Assembly: GCA_965240325.2 (NCBI GenBank)
Contig: OZ251255.1
Span: forward strand, 124,001-188,000
Length of the DNA stretch: 64,000 nt
From: Rebecca billardiae RCC1528
Taxonomy: Eukaryota > Protista > Haptophyta
Reading direction: 5' to 3'
Positions 36,655 through 50,672 of this stretch are shown piece after piece (the first letter of the stretch is position 1; each line of letters starts with the position of its first letter). The position numbers and the translations under genes are program-made. The notes beneath the pieces are model-generated. The model saw only the letters and a list, made by a program, of their open reading frames with translations, was not told where the DNA came from and made no database searches.

Positions 36655-39600
36655 ATGTCCACCGCCCTCTCGTCCCCGTCCGCAGCCGGCGCGCCGTCCG
36701 GCGTCGGCGGCGCCGCCGAGCTCGGCGGCGGCGCCGAGCACACGTGGGAGCTGTCGAAGGAGAACGTGATGCCCGTGCGCCGCGGGCGCAAGGCCGCCGC
36801 ACTCGGCGTCGTCGAGCCCGCCCCCTCCGGCACCACCGCCGCCGCCGCCCCCGCGCCGCGCGACCTCGAGGCGGAGCGCGCGCGCTGGGAGGCCGAGCTG
36901 CGCAGCGCCGCCGACCCGTTGGGCGTGTGGGTTTCGTTCATCCGCTGGTCGGAGGAGGCGTACCCGTCGGGCGGCGCGGGCTCGCCCACGCTCGCGCTGC
37001 TCGAGCGCTGCACGCGCGCGCTCAAGGACGACCCCCGCTACGCATCCGACGCTCGGTACGTGCGCGTGTGGGTCGCGTATGCGGACCGCTGCCACCAGCC
37101 CGAAGAGATCTTCCGCTTCCTGCGCGCGAACGAGATCGGCGTGCGCCACGCGCTGCTGTGGGAGGCGTGGGCGGCGGTGCTCGAGGCGCGCGGCGAGTGG
37201 GCGCGCGCGGACAAGGTGTACGAGGAGGGGCTGCAGGTGCGGCCGCGCGCGGCGCGCCAGTCGCGAACGGTCGCGCGCCGTTGCGCGCGCGCCCGCTGAT
37301 GCCGAGGCTGATGCGCGCGCGATTCCCTCGCCCTTTCGCGCGCGCGCGCGGGCCGCGTCAGACGGGCGCCGAGCCGCGCGAGCGGCTGCGCGCGCGGCAC
37401 GTCTCGTTCCAGCACCGGATGGTGGCGCGCATGCGCCAGCAGATGGCCGAGGGAGGCGGCGGCGCGGACGGCGGCGACGGCGGCGCGGGCGACGGCGGCG
37501 CGGGCGCGCGCCACCCGCGGTCGAACGCCGCGGACGCGGCGGCGGCGGCGGCGGCGGGCGGCGCGGCGGAGCGCCCGGCACTGAACAGGCTGAGCCGCCG
37601 CGAGGGCGCCGCGTCGCACCGCCCCGCCGGCGCGCGCCGCCAGCCGGGCACGCTCAAGGCGCCGCAGCCGCACGCGCACGGCGCCGGCGCCGGCGGCGGC
37701 GGCGGCGGCGGTGCGGGCGGCGGCGGCAGCGTGCTCGGCGGCGGCCCCAAGACCAGCAACTTTCAAATCTTCTGCGACGACGAGAGCGGCGGGCGCGGCG
37801 GCGGCGGCGGCAGCGCGGCGGGCGCGCACCCCGCCGCGCCCCCGTCCGGGCAGCAGCAGCACCACGCCTCCGCCGGCGGCTGGGCGCACCTGCCGCCGGA
37901 GCGAGAGGCCGCCAAGGAGAACACGGGCGTGGCCGCGCCGTGGGGAGGACAGGCGCTCGCGCCGCCGCCCAACGCTGCACCCGCGCGCGGCGGCGGCGGG
38001 GCGCGTGGCGGCGGGGCGCGTGGCGGCGGGGGCGGGGCGCGTGCCGGCGTGCCGGCGCCGCGCGCCGCGCAGCCGCAGCAGCCGCAGCAGCCATCCTTTG
38101 CCATCTACACCGACGAGTCCGCCGCAGCCGCCGAGCCGCCGCCCGCCGACGGCGCCGCCCACGCGCCCGAGCGCGCGCGCGAGCGCGCGCCGCCCGCCAC
38201 GACGCCGGGCGGCGGCGCCCGGCTCGGCGACGGCTCGCGCGTGGGCGTGAGCGCGCGGCTGGCGCAGCTCCAGGCGCACCCGCTCGCCGGCATGGACGGC
38301 GGCGCCGGCGGCTCGGTGGCGGCGGAGGGCGGCGCCGGCCCCGCCGCGCCGCAGCCCGCGCCGCAGCCCGCGGCCGGCGGCCAGCCGCCGGCGCGCGCCG
38401 GCGCTCGCCCCGAGGTGCGGGGGTACGACGAAGCGCTGCTGCTCCCGCCGCCGGCGGACGCTGCCGCCGCCGGTGCGCCCGTCGGCGTCGGCGTCGGCGT
38501 GCACGGCGCCGCCGCGCCGCCCGCCGCCGCGCAGCCGCCGTCGGAGCGTTGCTTTGAGGAGGCGCGCGCACGTGCGCTGTACGGCGCGCGGTTTGCGTGC
38601 TGGCCAGAGGGCGCGGTGGCGGCGCCGGTCGTGGCGCACGTGGCGGTGCCGGCGGCGCTGGGCGAGCCCTCGGCCGCGCCCCGGCCGTCGGCCCACGCCG
38701 GCCTCGCCGAGGCGCCGGCCGTGCCCGAGGCCGCGCCCGTGCCGCCCTCGCCCGACCCGCCGCCGCCCTCGCCACCCGCCGCCGCGCCGTCCGCGCTCGC
38801 CGACGTCGAGCCACCGCGCGCGCCGCCGTGCGCGCCGCCGGCGGACACCGTGCTGCCGCGCGCCCTGGACTTTGGCGCGGCGGCGCTCGACGCGCCGCCG
38901 CCGCGGCCGCCCGTGCCCGCCTCGCCGCCGCTGCCCGTCAGCCGGCGCGCCTCCTCCTCCGCCTCCGCCTCGCCCGCACCGCAGCATGGCTGCCGCCGCA
39001 TGTTCGACTCGCCCACGGTCAACACGGCGGCGGCGCTCGCTGCGCTGCTGCCGGCGTTTGGCGGCGGTGCGGACGAGGACGAGGCGGCGGAGGGCGGCGG
39101 CGCCGCGCCGGCGGCGGGCGTGGTGCGCGTGCCGAGCGCCGTTGGCCCCGCGCTCGGCGCAGCGCCGTGCTCGCCCCGCGGCGGCGGCGGCGGCGGCGCA
39201 GCGGCGGCGGCGGCTGAGGCGGAGGAGGGTGTCGCGCCGTGGGCGCGCGCGCCCGCGGCCGGCGGCGGCGGCGCAGGCGGCGCTGCGCCCGCCGGCGCGC
39301 GGCTGCCCGCCACCTCGCCGCTGCACGGCGCGGCGGCGGGCGTGGCGGCGGAGGTGGCCGACGCATCCCCCGCGGCGCCGCCGCAGCCGCCGCAGCCGCC
39401 GCAGCCGCCGCAGCCGCCGCCGCCGCCGCCGAGCGCGCGCGCGTTTGACGACGGCGCGGCGCCCTGGTCGCAGCCGCGGGGCGGCGGCGGCGCGCGCGCG
39501 GCGGCGCCGCGCTTCGAGCCCGACGCGCCCGACGCGCCGCCGCGCTCGCCCGCCGCGTGCGTGAGCGCCGCCATGCCCACCTCCGCCCGCGCCTCGGCCG

Positions 39601-39973
39601 GCGGCTCCGCGCGCTCCTCTGGCCGCCGCCGCCCGCTCGTGCGCTGCGCCGGCATGTCGCCGCTGCCCACGCGCGCCGAGCGCGCGGAGGCGGAGGGCGG
39701 CGGTGGGCGCGGCGCGACTGAGCCCGGCGCTTTGGCCGCTGCTGCTGCCGACGGCGGCGGCGGAGCCGGCGGCGGCACGCCTCGCAGCAACACGCGGCTG
39801 CAGCTGCCGCCGCCACTTACGCCGCAGCCGCCGCGCTCGCCCGCGCCGCCGGGGCACGGCGCGTGCAGCCCCTCGCCGCGCGTGCGCCGCGCCGCCGCCG
39901 GGCTGCGCCCCTCCGCCGCCGGGCCGCTCTCGCCCTCGCCCGCGCCGCCCGCGCGCGCGCGCTCGGCCGCGCG

Positions 39974-40005
<32 letters not shown>

Positions 40006-40890
40006 AGGCTGGCGGCGCTGGCTCGCTGCTGCCGGGCGCGGCTGAGCCGACGGTGAACACGGCCGCGGCGCTCGCGGACCTCATGCCGCACTTTGCGGGC
40101 ACTCTCTCCGGTGTGTGCGCGCGCTGCGGTGTGTGTGTGTGTGCGTGTGTGTGCGTGTGCGTGTGCGTGTGCGTGTGCGTGTGCGTGTGCGTGTCACGTG
40201 CGTGCGTGCGTGCGTGCGTGCGCGCGTGTGCACGCCCACGCGCGCTCCCGCCGCCGCGCCGGCATGAGCCGTGCCGCCGCCCGGCGCTGACCGCCGCCCT
40301 GCCGGCCCCCTTTGCCGCCGCGTCGTCTGTGCCGCGTGTCGCCGCGTCGTCTGTGCCGCGTGCCACCGCCGCGCCGCGTCTGTGCCGCGCGCCACCGCCG
40401 CGTCGTCCGTGCCGCGTGCGCAGCCGCGCAGTTCTCCTCGCTGCTAGCGGCGGCCACGCCGCCGCACGCGCCGCCGCCGAGCGCGCCCGCGTTCGCCATC
40501 TGGTCGGACGAGCCCGGTCCGGCGCCGCCCGCCGCCTCGAGCGCGCCGGCCGACCCCGCGCCCGAGATCGCGCCCGCCGCCGCCCAGATTGCATCTCGCG
40601 GCGGCGAGATTGCAATCTGGTCGGACGAGATGGCGCCGTCTGGCGGCGGCGCGGCGGAGGCTGCGCCGCCGGCGCTGCCCTCGCCGCTGCAGCCGATGGG
40701 CTTGGGCGGCCTGGCCTCGCCGCTGCAGCCCGCGGGCATGGGCGCGCTCCCCTCGCCGCTGCAGCCAATCAGCATGGCCGCCGCCAACCTGCCGCCGCCT
40801 GCGCCCGCGCCGCCGTCCAAGCCTGCGGCCGGCTGCGGCGTGCGCGGCCCGGCAGCCACGCCCAGACCCTTCTCCATCTTCGAGGACTGA
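36655..40890 (+). CDS. MAD3: Mad3/BubR1-like (MadBub family) spindle-checkpoint protein without kinase (~1,265 aa; exons 36655-37236, 37362-40110, 40424-40890)
   Basis: KEN1 (WELSKENVMPVRRGR) and a TPR domain (DPLGVWVSFIRW..YPSG, RYASDARYVRVW, IFRFLRANEIG, EEGLQ|TGAEPRERL). These are followed by ABBA-KEN-ABBA (FQIFCDD, AKENT, FAIYTDE), a GLEBS-like motif (ERCFEEARAR) and SPTVNT. The spliced length is 3,798 nt. Confidence 0.88.
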
Positions 40891-41703
40891 TGCACGGCGT
40901 ACGGCCGCCCGTCGTGGGTGCGCCGAGCTTGGCCCGAGGTGCGCGCGCGCACTTGCGTGCGCGTGCGCGTCCGTGGGACAGCCACAGGTGCCGGCGGCGG
41001 CGAGGCGCTCACAGTGCGCCGCGCCCCGCGCGCGGTGTGTCGCAGCAGGTGCGCCGCACTGCCGCAGTGTGTCTGGTGGTCGGAGCCCCGTCCACCTCCC
41101 TCGGCCTCCGCCCGCCTCGCGCTCCAGGGCCGTCTCGACTTCGAGCGGCCTGTCTGGCTGCCTGCTGAAGCATCGGCTCACGTCCGCGCGCAGCGTCCGC
41201 GACCGCCGCGTGCCGGGCCACTCCGGGCTCAACGTCGGACAACAAGCCTCGGCCCGTCGCGCCGATTGCTCCCGAATGTCAGTGCCGTCGGCTGCGCCTG
41301 TGGATTCTCCCGGGCACTCGCAGCTTGCCCGCCAATGCGCCGCCTCGTGCGCCGCCCGCGCGCCGAGGGTGGCGGCCCCGGAATCCATCATCGTCAGCAT
41401 GCAGTTTTCGTGCCCCTGAACCCGAAGGTTTCTTACTTAGCTGCGTAACGACAGCTATCGAGAGGGCGGTACCTGTAGCTAGGTTCAAGGTGGGTACTCA
41501 GAGCCGTTATTGTAGATAAACGGCAGCCATCCTGCCCGCCGCTCAGCTTCGACGCTGCGAGCTGGGCGGAGAGGGCCGGCTCACACCAACCCCCCCGAGG
41601 CCGGCATCGCTTGGCCGGGAGGGCGCAACCGCCGCACCGGCCCCGCGCCCCGCAGGCGCAGGACGGGGCCGAGCGCGCGCACGCGCGCGGGCGGGCGGGC
41701 GGG

Positions 41704-44700
41704 ATGAAGGCCACCCGCGCCATCTCCACCGCGCCCACCTCGCGCGCGGGCAACACGAGCCGCCGGCCGCCGCCGGCCGCGCCGAGCCGCGCCGAGCAGC
41801 GGTTTGGCTGGCTGCACCAGCTCGCGCGCCGCGCGCTGCTGGGCGAGTCGCCGGCGGACGCGCGCCGGCGCGGCGCGGCGCGCGGGCTGAAGCCGGCCAT
41901 CCGCCTGCCCGGCGTGGACAAGCGCGCGCGGAAGGCCGCCAAGGTCTCGTGGCGCACGCCGCTCGAGGGCGGCGACGACGAGAGTGAGGAGGAGAAGCAG
42001 CGGCGGCGCGAGGCGGAGGCGGAGCTGCGCGAGAAGTGGCTCCGCACGTACCGCGCGCTGCGGCTGCCGGCGCTGACGTACGAGATGCTCTGCGTGCCGC
42101 TCCGCCTCGCGTTCCCCTCCATGACCATCTCCGGCCCCGCCTTTGTCGCGCTCGACCTCACGGTCGACATCTTCGAGCTGTTTGTGATCGCGTTCAACGC
42201 GCGCGCGGAGGCGTCGGCGCGGCGCGAGCTGCCGCAGGAGGAGCTGCTCGCCGTGGGGTTCGGGGCGTACCCGTACACCCTCGGCCGCATGGCGCCCGAC
42301 CTCCTCGCCATCCTCGTCCTCTGGGCCGGGCGCGCGCTGCTGTGGTCGGGCGTGACGCGCTGGCTCTGGTACGCGGCCGGCGCGGCGCGCGTGCTGCGCA
42401 TCAAGGACCTGGTGGAGTACGTCGCGCTGATGAACGCGGACCTGTCGACGAACGTGACGTTCCTCGCCGTGTACAAGTTCACCCTCGTCCTCTTCGCCGT
42501 GCCGCACTGGGTGGGCTGCGCGTGGTGGATGCTCGCCGAGCACACCTCGTCGATGCAGCTGCCCTCGTGGTCGGCGCAGTTCTTCCTCGCGTCGAGGAAC
42601 ACGGCGCTCGACCCGATCCGCGCGAGCGCGGAGGAGCGATGTGCGCGCACGCGCGCGCGGCGCGGCGCGCGCGCAAGGCACGCCGCCGCGCCCACGCCCA
42701 CCACGCGCCGCCGCGCCGCCGCGCCGCCCCCTCCGCCGCCCCCTCCGCCGCCGCCCCCTCCGCCGCCGCCCCCTCCGCCCCCTCCGCCCGCAGACCTGCT
42801 CTCGACGTACATGGCGTGGACGGGCGTGACGGCGCTGGGGTACGGCTCGGTGGTGGTGACGGAGAAGCAGGACCTCGCCTTCGCCATCCTGATCTGCATG
42901 GTCCAGATCGTCTTCTACGCGTACGTGCTCGGCACGCTCTTCCACTACCTCGTGCGCGTGGACGAGAACACGGTGCGGTTCAAGGAGCTGATGAAGGCGG
43001 TGGAGGAGTACTGCCTGACGCGCGGGCTGCCCGGGGCGGTGCAGAAGAAGATCCGCACGCACTTCGAGTTCCAGCACCGCAAGAACGCCTCGGGCACCGA
43101 GAAGGTCTTCAACCAGATGCCGCGCTCGCTCAAGGTGAAGGTGGCGTCCGCGCAGTACTACAAACACGTGCAGAGCGCGTGGGTCATGCAGCGCTGCCAC
43201 CCGCAGTTCCTGAGCCAGGCGGTGATCGCGCTCAAGGAGCGGTACGTGATGCCGCTCGAGACGCTCTTCAACCGCGGCGACGGCTCGCGCGAGCTGCTCT
43301 GGTGCGTCGGCGGCTCGCTGCACGTGCGGAAGGGCGACGTGCACGTGACGACCGTGCGCTCAGACCTCGGGCCTGGCCAGATCGTGGGCGAGATCGCCTT
43401 CTTCCTGGGGATCCAGCAGCCGTACACGGTGGGCGCGACGGGCGCGGGGGACGTGACGCTGCTCGTGCTCTCGGGCGTCGACTACGACGACATCCTCACC
43501 TCGTACCCCGAGCAGGCCGACATGATCACGCAGAACCTTCTGCGAAAGTTCGGGCTGGACAAGAACGGGCACGAGCTGGCGGAGAACTCGTCGCCCGCGT
43601 CTGCGCTCTCGCAGGCGCTGGCGCAGCTGGACGACGACGAGCGCGAGGAGTTCGAGCAGCTCAAGGCGCTGGTGAAGGACGCGATCACGCGGCGCAACGA
43701 GGAGGCCCTCGCGCAGATGACCTACGCCGCCTCCGAGGGCGACATTGACTCGGTGCGCGCGCTCGCCGCGCGCGGGCTCGATCTCGACACGGGAGATTAC
43801 GACCAGCGCACCACGCTCCACCTCGCCGCCGCCGAGGGGAACACGAAGGTGGTGGCGCTGCTGTGCTCGCTCGGCGCCAACCCGAACGCGCACGACCGCT
43901 GGGGCGCCTCGCCGCTGCAGGACGCGATCGAGGTGCGCGCCGGGGGCGGGGGCGCGGGCGCGGTCGCGGGCTGCGCGGGCGCGGGCGTGTGCGCGGCCGC
44001 GGGCTTGGCCGCGCGAGCCGGGCCGCGCGGCGCGCGCGGCGCGCCCACGCGGCCGACGTGCGCACCCATCCCCGCCTCCCTCACACGCCTCCTCCCCCTC
44101 CAACCCTCCCTCCACGCACACACCCCAACCCCATCCCCCCGGCGCGCGCAGGGCCACCACGCGTCGGTCGCGGCCGAGCTGCGCGAGCGCGGCGCCCGGC
44201 TCGTCCTCGAGAACCCGGCGTCCATGCTGAACGAGGCGGCGTCGCGCGGGGACGTGTCGTACATCGCGACGCTGCTCGAGCACGGCATCGCGATCGACTG
44301 CAAGGACTACGACCGGCGCACCGCCATGCACCTCGCCGCCGCCGAGGGCAACCTGCGCGTCGTCGAGTTTTTAATCTCGAGGTTGGCCGACGTGAACGCG
44401 ACCGACCGCTGGGGCAAGACGCCGATCGACGACGCGATCTCGAACCAGCGCACGCTGGTCGCGCCGCTGCTGCACAAGGCGGGCTCGCGCCCGCGCAAGC
44501 GCGGGCTCACCGAGCGCCTCTGCCACGCCGCCTCCACCGGCGACTTTGACCGCCTCCGGCTGATCGTCGAGGCGGGCGCGTACATTGACGAGGGCGACTA
44601 CGACTCTCGCACAGCGCTGCACCTCGCCGCCGCGAGCGGCGGTATCTCGGCGGTGCAGTTTCTGCTCGGCGCGATGGCGGACCCGAACTCGGCGGACCGG

Positions 44701-46719
44701 TGGGGCAACACGCCGCTCGTCGACGCGCTCGAGACCTCCTCCGAGACCGCCGCTCTGCTGCTGCACAACGGCGCACGGCTGCCTGAGCGGCTGCAGGGCG
44801 ACGCGCACTACCAGCGGCTGCTGCAGCACGCGCGCTCGCTCGACATGTACAGGGTGAACCGCGCGCTGCAGCGGCGCGTGGCGCGGCGCGTGCAGGGGGA
44901 GGAGGACAAGCAGAACGCGCGGCGCGAGCTCGGCCTCGCCTTCGAGGGCCTCACCCACGACATGGGCCGGCTGCTGCACACGCTCACGCCGCTGTACGCG
45001 TCGCTGCTCAAGCACGCGCCCGCGTGGGTGCACACGTACGCGATCGAGGCGCCGGGCGGCGCGGACGACGACGAGCTGGACGAGCTGGACGACCTGGACG
45101 AGCTGGCGGACGAGCTGGGCTACGGCGGCGGCGCGAGCTCGCCCGGCCGGTACGGCGCCGCCGCCGTCCTCGGCCCGCGCGGCGCGCAGGTGCGGCGGCG
45201 CGGGTCGAACGACGGGCGCGGCGGCGGCGGCGGGCCGCCGGGTGTCGCCGGGCTCGTCGCGGCGCGGCACAGCTCGAAGGCGGGCGGCGGCGGGCGCGCG
45301 AGCAGCGGCGGCGGGGGCACGATGGCGGACGCGACGATGACGCGCCGCTCCTTCATCCGCATCGTCCTCCAGCTGCCCAAGGCCGAGGCCGGGCTGATCG
45401 CCCTCCGGCGCTTGTTTGACGACGCGATGGACGGTGCCGCTGCCGCCGGCCGCGCCGAGAAGTCTCTCTCGGCGCTCGGGCTCGGGCGCTCGTCGGGCTC
45501 GGGCGTGACGTTCGCGGAGGGCGCGCGGCCGCCGGCGCGCAAGCACTCGTCGAGCCACGCCAACGGCGGCGCCCCCGCGCCCACGCCGCCCGGGCCGAAC
45601 GGCCCCGCGGCGGCGGGCGGCGGCGGGCGAGCGGCTGGGCGCGTGCCCGCGCCCGCTGGGATCGGCGGGATCGGCGGCGCGTTCGTCGCCGTGCAGTACG
45701 AGCGGCAGGCGGCGGCGGGGGGCGCGAGTATGGACGGGCGGCTGCCGCTGAGCACCTCGGCCGCGGCGGGCGGCGCGGGGCCCGCCGCGTACTCCATCCC
45801 GCTGCCGGGCAGCCCGGCCGCGGGCGGGCGCGGCGCCGGCGCCGGGTGCGGCGGGTGCGGGGGCGGCGGCGGGTGCGGCGGCGGCGGCGGCAAGATTCCG
45901 CTGCCCGGCTCGGCGATGGCGGCGGTGGCGGCGGCGGCCGCCGGGCGGATCCCGCTGCCCGGCAGCGGCGGCGGCGCCGGGCTGGGCCCGGGCGCGAGCT
46001 GCTCCGAGCCGAACACGCCCAAGCCCTCGCTGCTCTCGGCCGCGGGGCCGTCCGACGGCGCGCCGGACCCGCTGTCAGCGGAGGCGCTCGCGGCGCTGCC
46101 GTCCGACCTGGCCGCGGACGTGCGGCGGCGCAAGCGCGAGGAGGAGTACCTGAAGGACGCGCTGCGGAACAAGCTGCGCTTCGACGCGTCCGTCGCCGCG
46201 GCGGTGCTCTCCGAGGTGCACGAGCAGCTCCGGCAGTTCCTCGGCGCGGGCGCGCCGCCGCTCGCGCGCGCCGCCGCGCTGCAGGCCGCGGCGCACGCGG
46301 CCGAGCGCGCGCGACGCGGCGCGCGGCCCGAGCGGCGCGGCTCGGGCGCGGAGCGGCGCGGCTCGAGCGCGGCGCAGCCGACATCGCCGTCGGGCAGGCG
46401 CGCGCCCTTCGTGCGCTCGGGCAGCGTCCTCGGCTCCGGCTCGGCGCACGGCGCGCCCCCCAACGGCACGCGCCGAGGCTCGAAGAGCGCCGCGGCCGCG
46501 GCCGCCGCAGCCGCAGCCGCCGCCGCGTCCGCACAGGACTCCGAGCCCTCGCCGGACTCCGACGCGCGGCCGGTGGCGGACAGGGGGGGGCGCGCGGCGG
46601 GGCGCAAGGCGCAGGCGAAGGGCTGGCTCTTCTCCGCCGGGCGGATGGGCCGGCAGATGTCGCAGAACATGGGCGAGGCCGTCGCGGCGATGCACGCCGG
46701 AGCGGACGAGGATGACGAG

Positions 46720-46765
<46 letters not shown>

Positions 46766-49700
46766 GCAGCGGCGGCGGCGGCGCGGCGGGCTTGGGCGCG
46801 CGCCGCGGCTCCGCCGAGCACGGCCGCGCGTCTGCGAGCACGGCGGAGGAGGAGGGCGGCGAGGAGGAGGCGGAGCCGCCGCTCAGCATCCCGTACCTCG
46901 CCGACCTCGGCTTCCTCGTCCTCCTGTGCTCGCACACACTCGTCGAGTCTCTGCGCGAGCGCGAGGCGCTGCGGCAGCGGCGCGGCGGCGCGGAGGCGGC
47001 GCCGACGCCGACCAAGTCGGCGGCGAGCGGGCGGCGCGGGCCGCGGCAGTCGATCCTGGACCGCGTGCGCGGGCGCGGCGCGCGCGGCACGATGGGCGAG
47101 GACGACGAGGACGACATCACCTCCGAGCCCGCCACGCCCGTCTCCACGGCCTCCGCCGCGCTCGGCCGCACCGGCTCGGTGGCCGGCTCGACGCCTTCCG
47201 TGAGCTCGACGCCCGACGCCGGGCGGCGCGCGCGCGTCGCGCCGGTGGGCGCGGGCTTCGGCAGCGCGGGCGGGCTCGGCACGCCGCCCGGCGCGCGGCG
47301 CAGGCTGCGCCCCGGCTCGATCCGGCGCAACTCGCGCGGCGAGGCTGAGGGGCGAGGCGGCTCGGACGGCGGCGCGGCCTCGCCCGAGGTGGCCCGCTCC
47401 TCGCAGGCGTCCACGCCGACCGGCGGCGCCGAGCGCCTCAACGGCGGCGGCGGCGGCGCGCAGGGCAGCTGGAGCGGCGGGCGGAGCGGCGGGCTGGGCA
47501 CGGCGGGCAAGACGCTCACCTCGAGCGCGTCGATCCGCCTCAAGACCGCCGCCTCCGCCTTCGCCTCGGTGGCGGGCAACTCATCGTTCAACCTCGGCGG
47601 CGGCGGCGGCGGCAGCGCCGACGGCGACTCGCGCCGCGGCGGCCAGTCCGAGCGCACGCTGGACGAGAGCCTCTCGCCCGACCCGGTCGCGTCGCGCGCC
47701 GCGACGGCCGCGCGCCCCGCCGACAGGGCCACCGTGATCGCCGAGGGCATCGCCGTGCTCGACGCCATGTTCCGCACGCTCGATGTCGGCTCGACCAACC
47801 ACATCCGCATCAGAGACGTGAAGCCGCTGGCCGGCACGCTGGGCGAGCTGGGCGACGCGGAGATCCGCTCGCTGCTGCGCTTCCTCGCGGACGCGTCCGC
47901 GTCGTCCGGGCCGCTCGCGGCGGGGCGGCTGCTCGGCAACGAAGGCGGCGGCGGCGGCGGTGGAGGCGGCGGCGGCGGCGGCGGCGCGGGCGCGCGCGGC
48001 GGCGGCGGCGCGGACGAGGCGGCGGGCGGCGGCGGCGCGCGCGGCGCCGTGGTGGAGGGCGAGCCGCTGCCGAGCGGCGCGGGCGGCGAGGCGGTGGCGG
48101 CGGAGGGCGGCGGCGTGCTCGCGGGCCGGCCGCTCAGCCGCGAGCACGAGTGCGCCGACGTCGCCGACTCGTACCGCGTGCGCAGCGGGCGCACGCCGCT
48201 GAGCGCGCCCACCGGTCGGCGCGGCTCGACGGTCGCGCCTGAGCCGGGCGGCGGCGCGGGCGCGCGCGGAGGCGCGGGCGGCGCGGCGGAGGCGGCGGCG
48301 GGCGGCGGCGGGGGCGGCGGCGAGGGCGGTGGCGCGGGGCGTGGCGGGCGGCTCTCGGTCGCCGTGCCCGAGGAGGGCGCGGGCATGCCGGCGACCAGCA
48401 CCGACGGCCGCGACGACGCTGACGAGGCCGCGGCCGCCGCGGTCGCGCGCGCGGCCGAGCACACCGCCGCGGCGCGCGCCGCCGGCCGCCGCTCTGTGCT
48501 CACGCGCGCGCAGTTCAACGTGGGCGCGGCGCAGTGGATCCTGGGCACGGTGGGCTCGGCGGAGGGCGAGGGCGGCGGCGCCGGCGGGCGCAACTCGGCC
48601 GCCGACCCCGCCGTGCCGCTCCTCTCGCTCGGCGGGCCGGCGGGCGGCGGCGCGCGCGGCGTAGGCGGCCGGCTGTCTGCCGCTGGCGGCGGCGGCGGCG
48701 GGTTTGGCGGCCTCAGCCTCAAGGACGCGGTGTTCAGGGCGGTGGACGACGCGGAGCAGTCGGCGCAGCACGCGCTGCAGATGGCCTTCTCCACCGCGCC
48801 CGCGCTGCACGCGCTCGCCGACGGCGTGCGCTCGCTCATCCGCGTCGGACGGATCGCGCGCGACTCCCCCGTCGAGTCGTCCGAGCTGCCGTCCATCGCG
48901 GCCGACGCGGCGATCGCGGCGGGGCGGCCTCTCACCGCCGAGCTGCGCCCGTCGGACGTGGAGGGGTGGATCATGACGACGCTGCACCTCGAGGTGGGCG
49001 CGGTCGCCGCCGCCGCGGCGGCGAAGCGCGGCAAGGGCGCCGTCGCCACGGGCGGCTGGACCGCCACCCTCTCCTCCGCGGGCTCGACCAAGGGGGGCTC
49101 TGTGAAGGTCGGCGGCGCGGGCGCGCCCACCGGCGCGTCGTGGCGCGCGCTCGAGCGCGCGCTGCGCGACGCGGCGGACGAGCTGACCGCCGCGGCGCTG
49201 GCGGGCGCGAAGGAGGGCGGGGACGGCGGCGGCGGCGGCGGCGGCGGCGGGCTCGCCGGCGCGCTGCTCGGCGCCGCGGGCGCCAAGAAGGGCGGCTCGC
49301 CGTCGGGCGGCGGCGCCAAGGGCACCCATCCGATGAGCGCGTCGGAGCGGCTGGAGGCGGCCGCGCGCCAAAAGTCGCTCAAGGCGACGATCCTGCAGAT
49401 GCTGTACGGCGACGGCAGCGCGGGCGGCGGCGGGCTCGCCGCGCGCAAGTCCACCATGTTCTCCATCAACCGCCGCCCCTCCTTCATCGTCTCGCACACC
49501 TCCGCGCCGTACGTGCGCTTCCACCGCACGATGCTGGTCGTGACGGCGTGGACGGCGCTCGTGCTGCCAGTCGAGCTGTGCTTCTTCAGACAGTCGCGGC
49601 TGCTCACGTGGCTGCCCGCGGTGAACTACACGTGCGACGCGGTGTACTGGGCGAAGATCGGCCTCGGCTTCTGCGTCTCGTACGTCAACACCAAGTCCGT

Positions 49701-50638
49701 CACCGTCAACGACCCGCACAAGATCCGCAAGCACTACCTGGCCACCGACTTTCCGTTCGACGCGGGCGCGTCGCTGCCGCTCGACCTGTTCGCGCTCGCG
49801 CTCGGCGCGAGCCCGCTCATGTACACGCTGCTGCGGCTGCCGCGGCTGACGTACGTGCGGTACCTGCGCACCGCGTACGCCGCGTGGGAGAAGGCCAACT
49901 CCTCCGACGACCTCGGCCTCGGCCTCGTGCGCTACCTCACCATCCTGCTCGTCACCGGCCACGTGGGCGCGTGCCTGTGGAACGTCTTTGGGTACTCCGC
50001 CTACGCCGACACGGCGGAGGCGACGTGGGCGGACCAGTACTACGAGGACGTGCGCGACGTGGGCGGGCTGCCGCCGCAGGACTCGGACGGCCCGATGCTC
50101 GTGCTCACGCACCACTACCTCGTCGCGATGTACTTCATCATGTCGATGCTCACCACGCTCGGGATGGCGCAGGTGCCGTCCAACTTCGCCGAGCTCGCGT
50201 ACTTTTTATTCATCATGGTGCTCAACCTGACGGTGTACGCGTGGGCGGTCGGCAAGATCTCCGCGCTCGTGATGAAGCAGGACGACGAGATCGTGCAGAA
50301 GCGCGGGCAGCTCGAGCTCGTGCAGGCGTACATCTCGCACATCAAGGTGCCGCAGGAGCTCAAGGAGGACATCGAGCTCTTCTTCCACTCCAGGCTCGAG
50401 GACGCCTCGCTCACGACCGTGCGCGATGAGTCCATCTACGATGCAATGCCGATCGCACTGCAGGTGTGCGGGCAGAGCGCTGCCGCCGCCACGGCCGCGG
50501 CTGCCGCAGCCGCTGCGCGCGCGCGCCGCGACCGCCGCGCGCTCAGCCCGTGCCCGTGCCGCGCGGCCACGCGCCGACGGTGCCGCCGTGCGGTGTGCGT
50601 GTGCTGGTGTGCGTGTGTGCGTGTGCGTGTGTGTGTGC

Positions 50639-50672
<34 letters not shown>

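Noticed and set aside
42641-44151. Poly-Pro and Gly/Ala inserts in channel module 1 as protein sequence
   Set aside because: They are stop-free 3n introns (153 and 219 nt) with GT-AG ends; removing them restores the pore helix (EERYLLSTY) and an ankyrin repeat.
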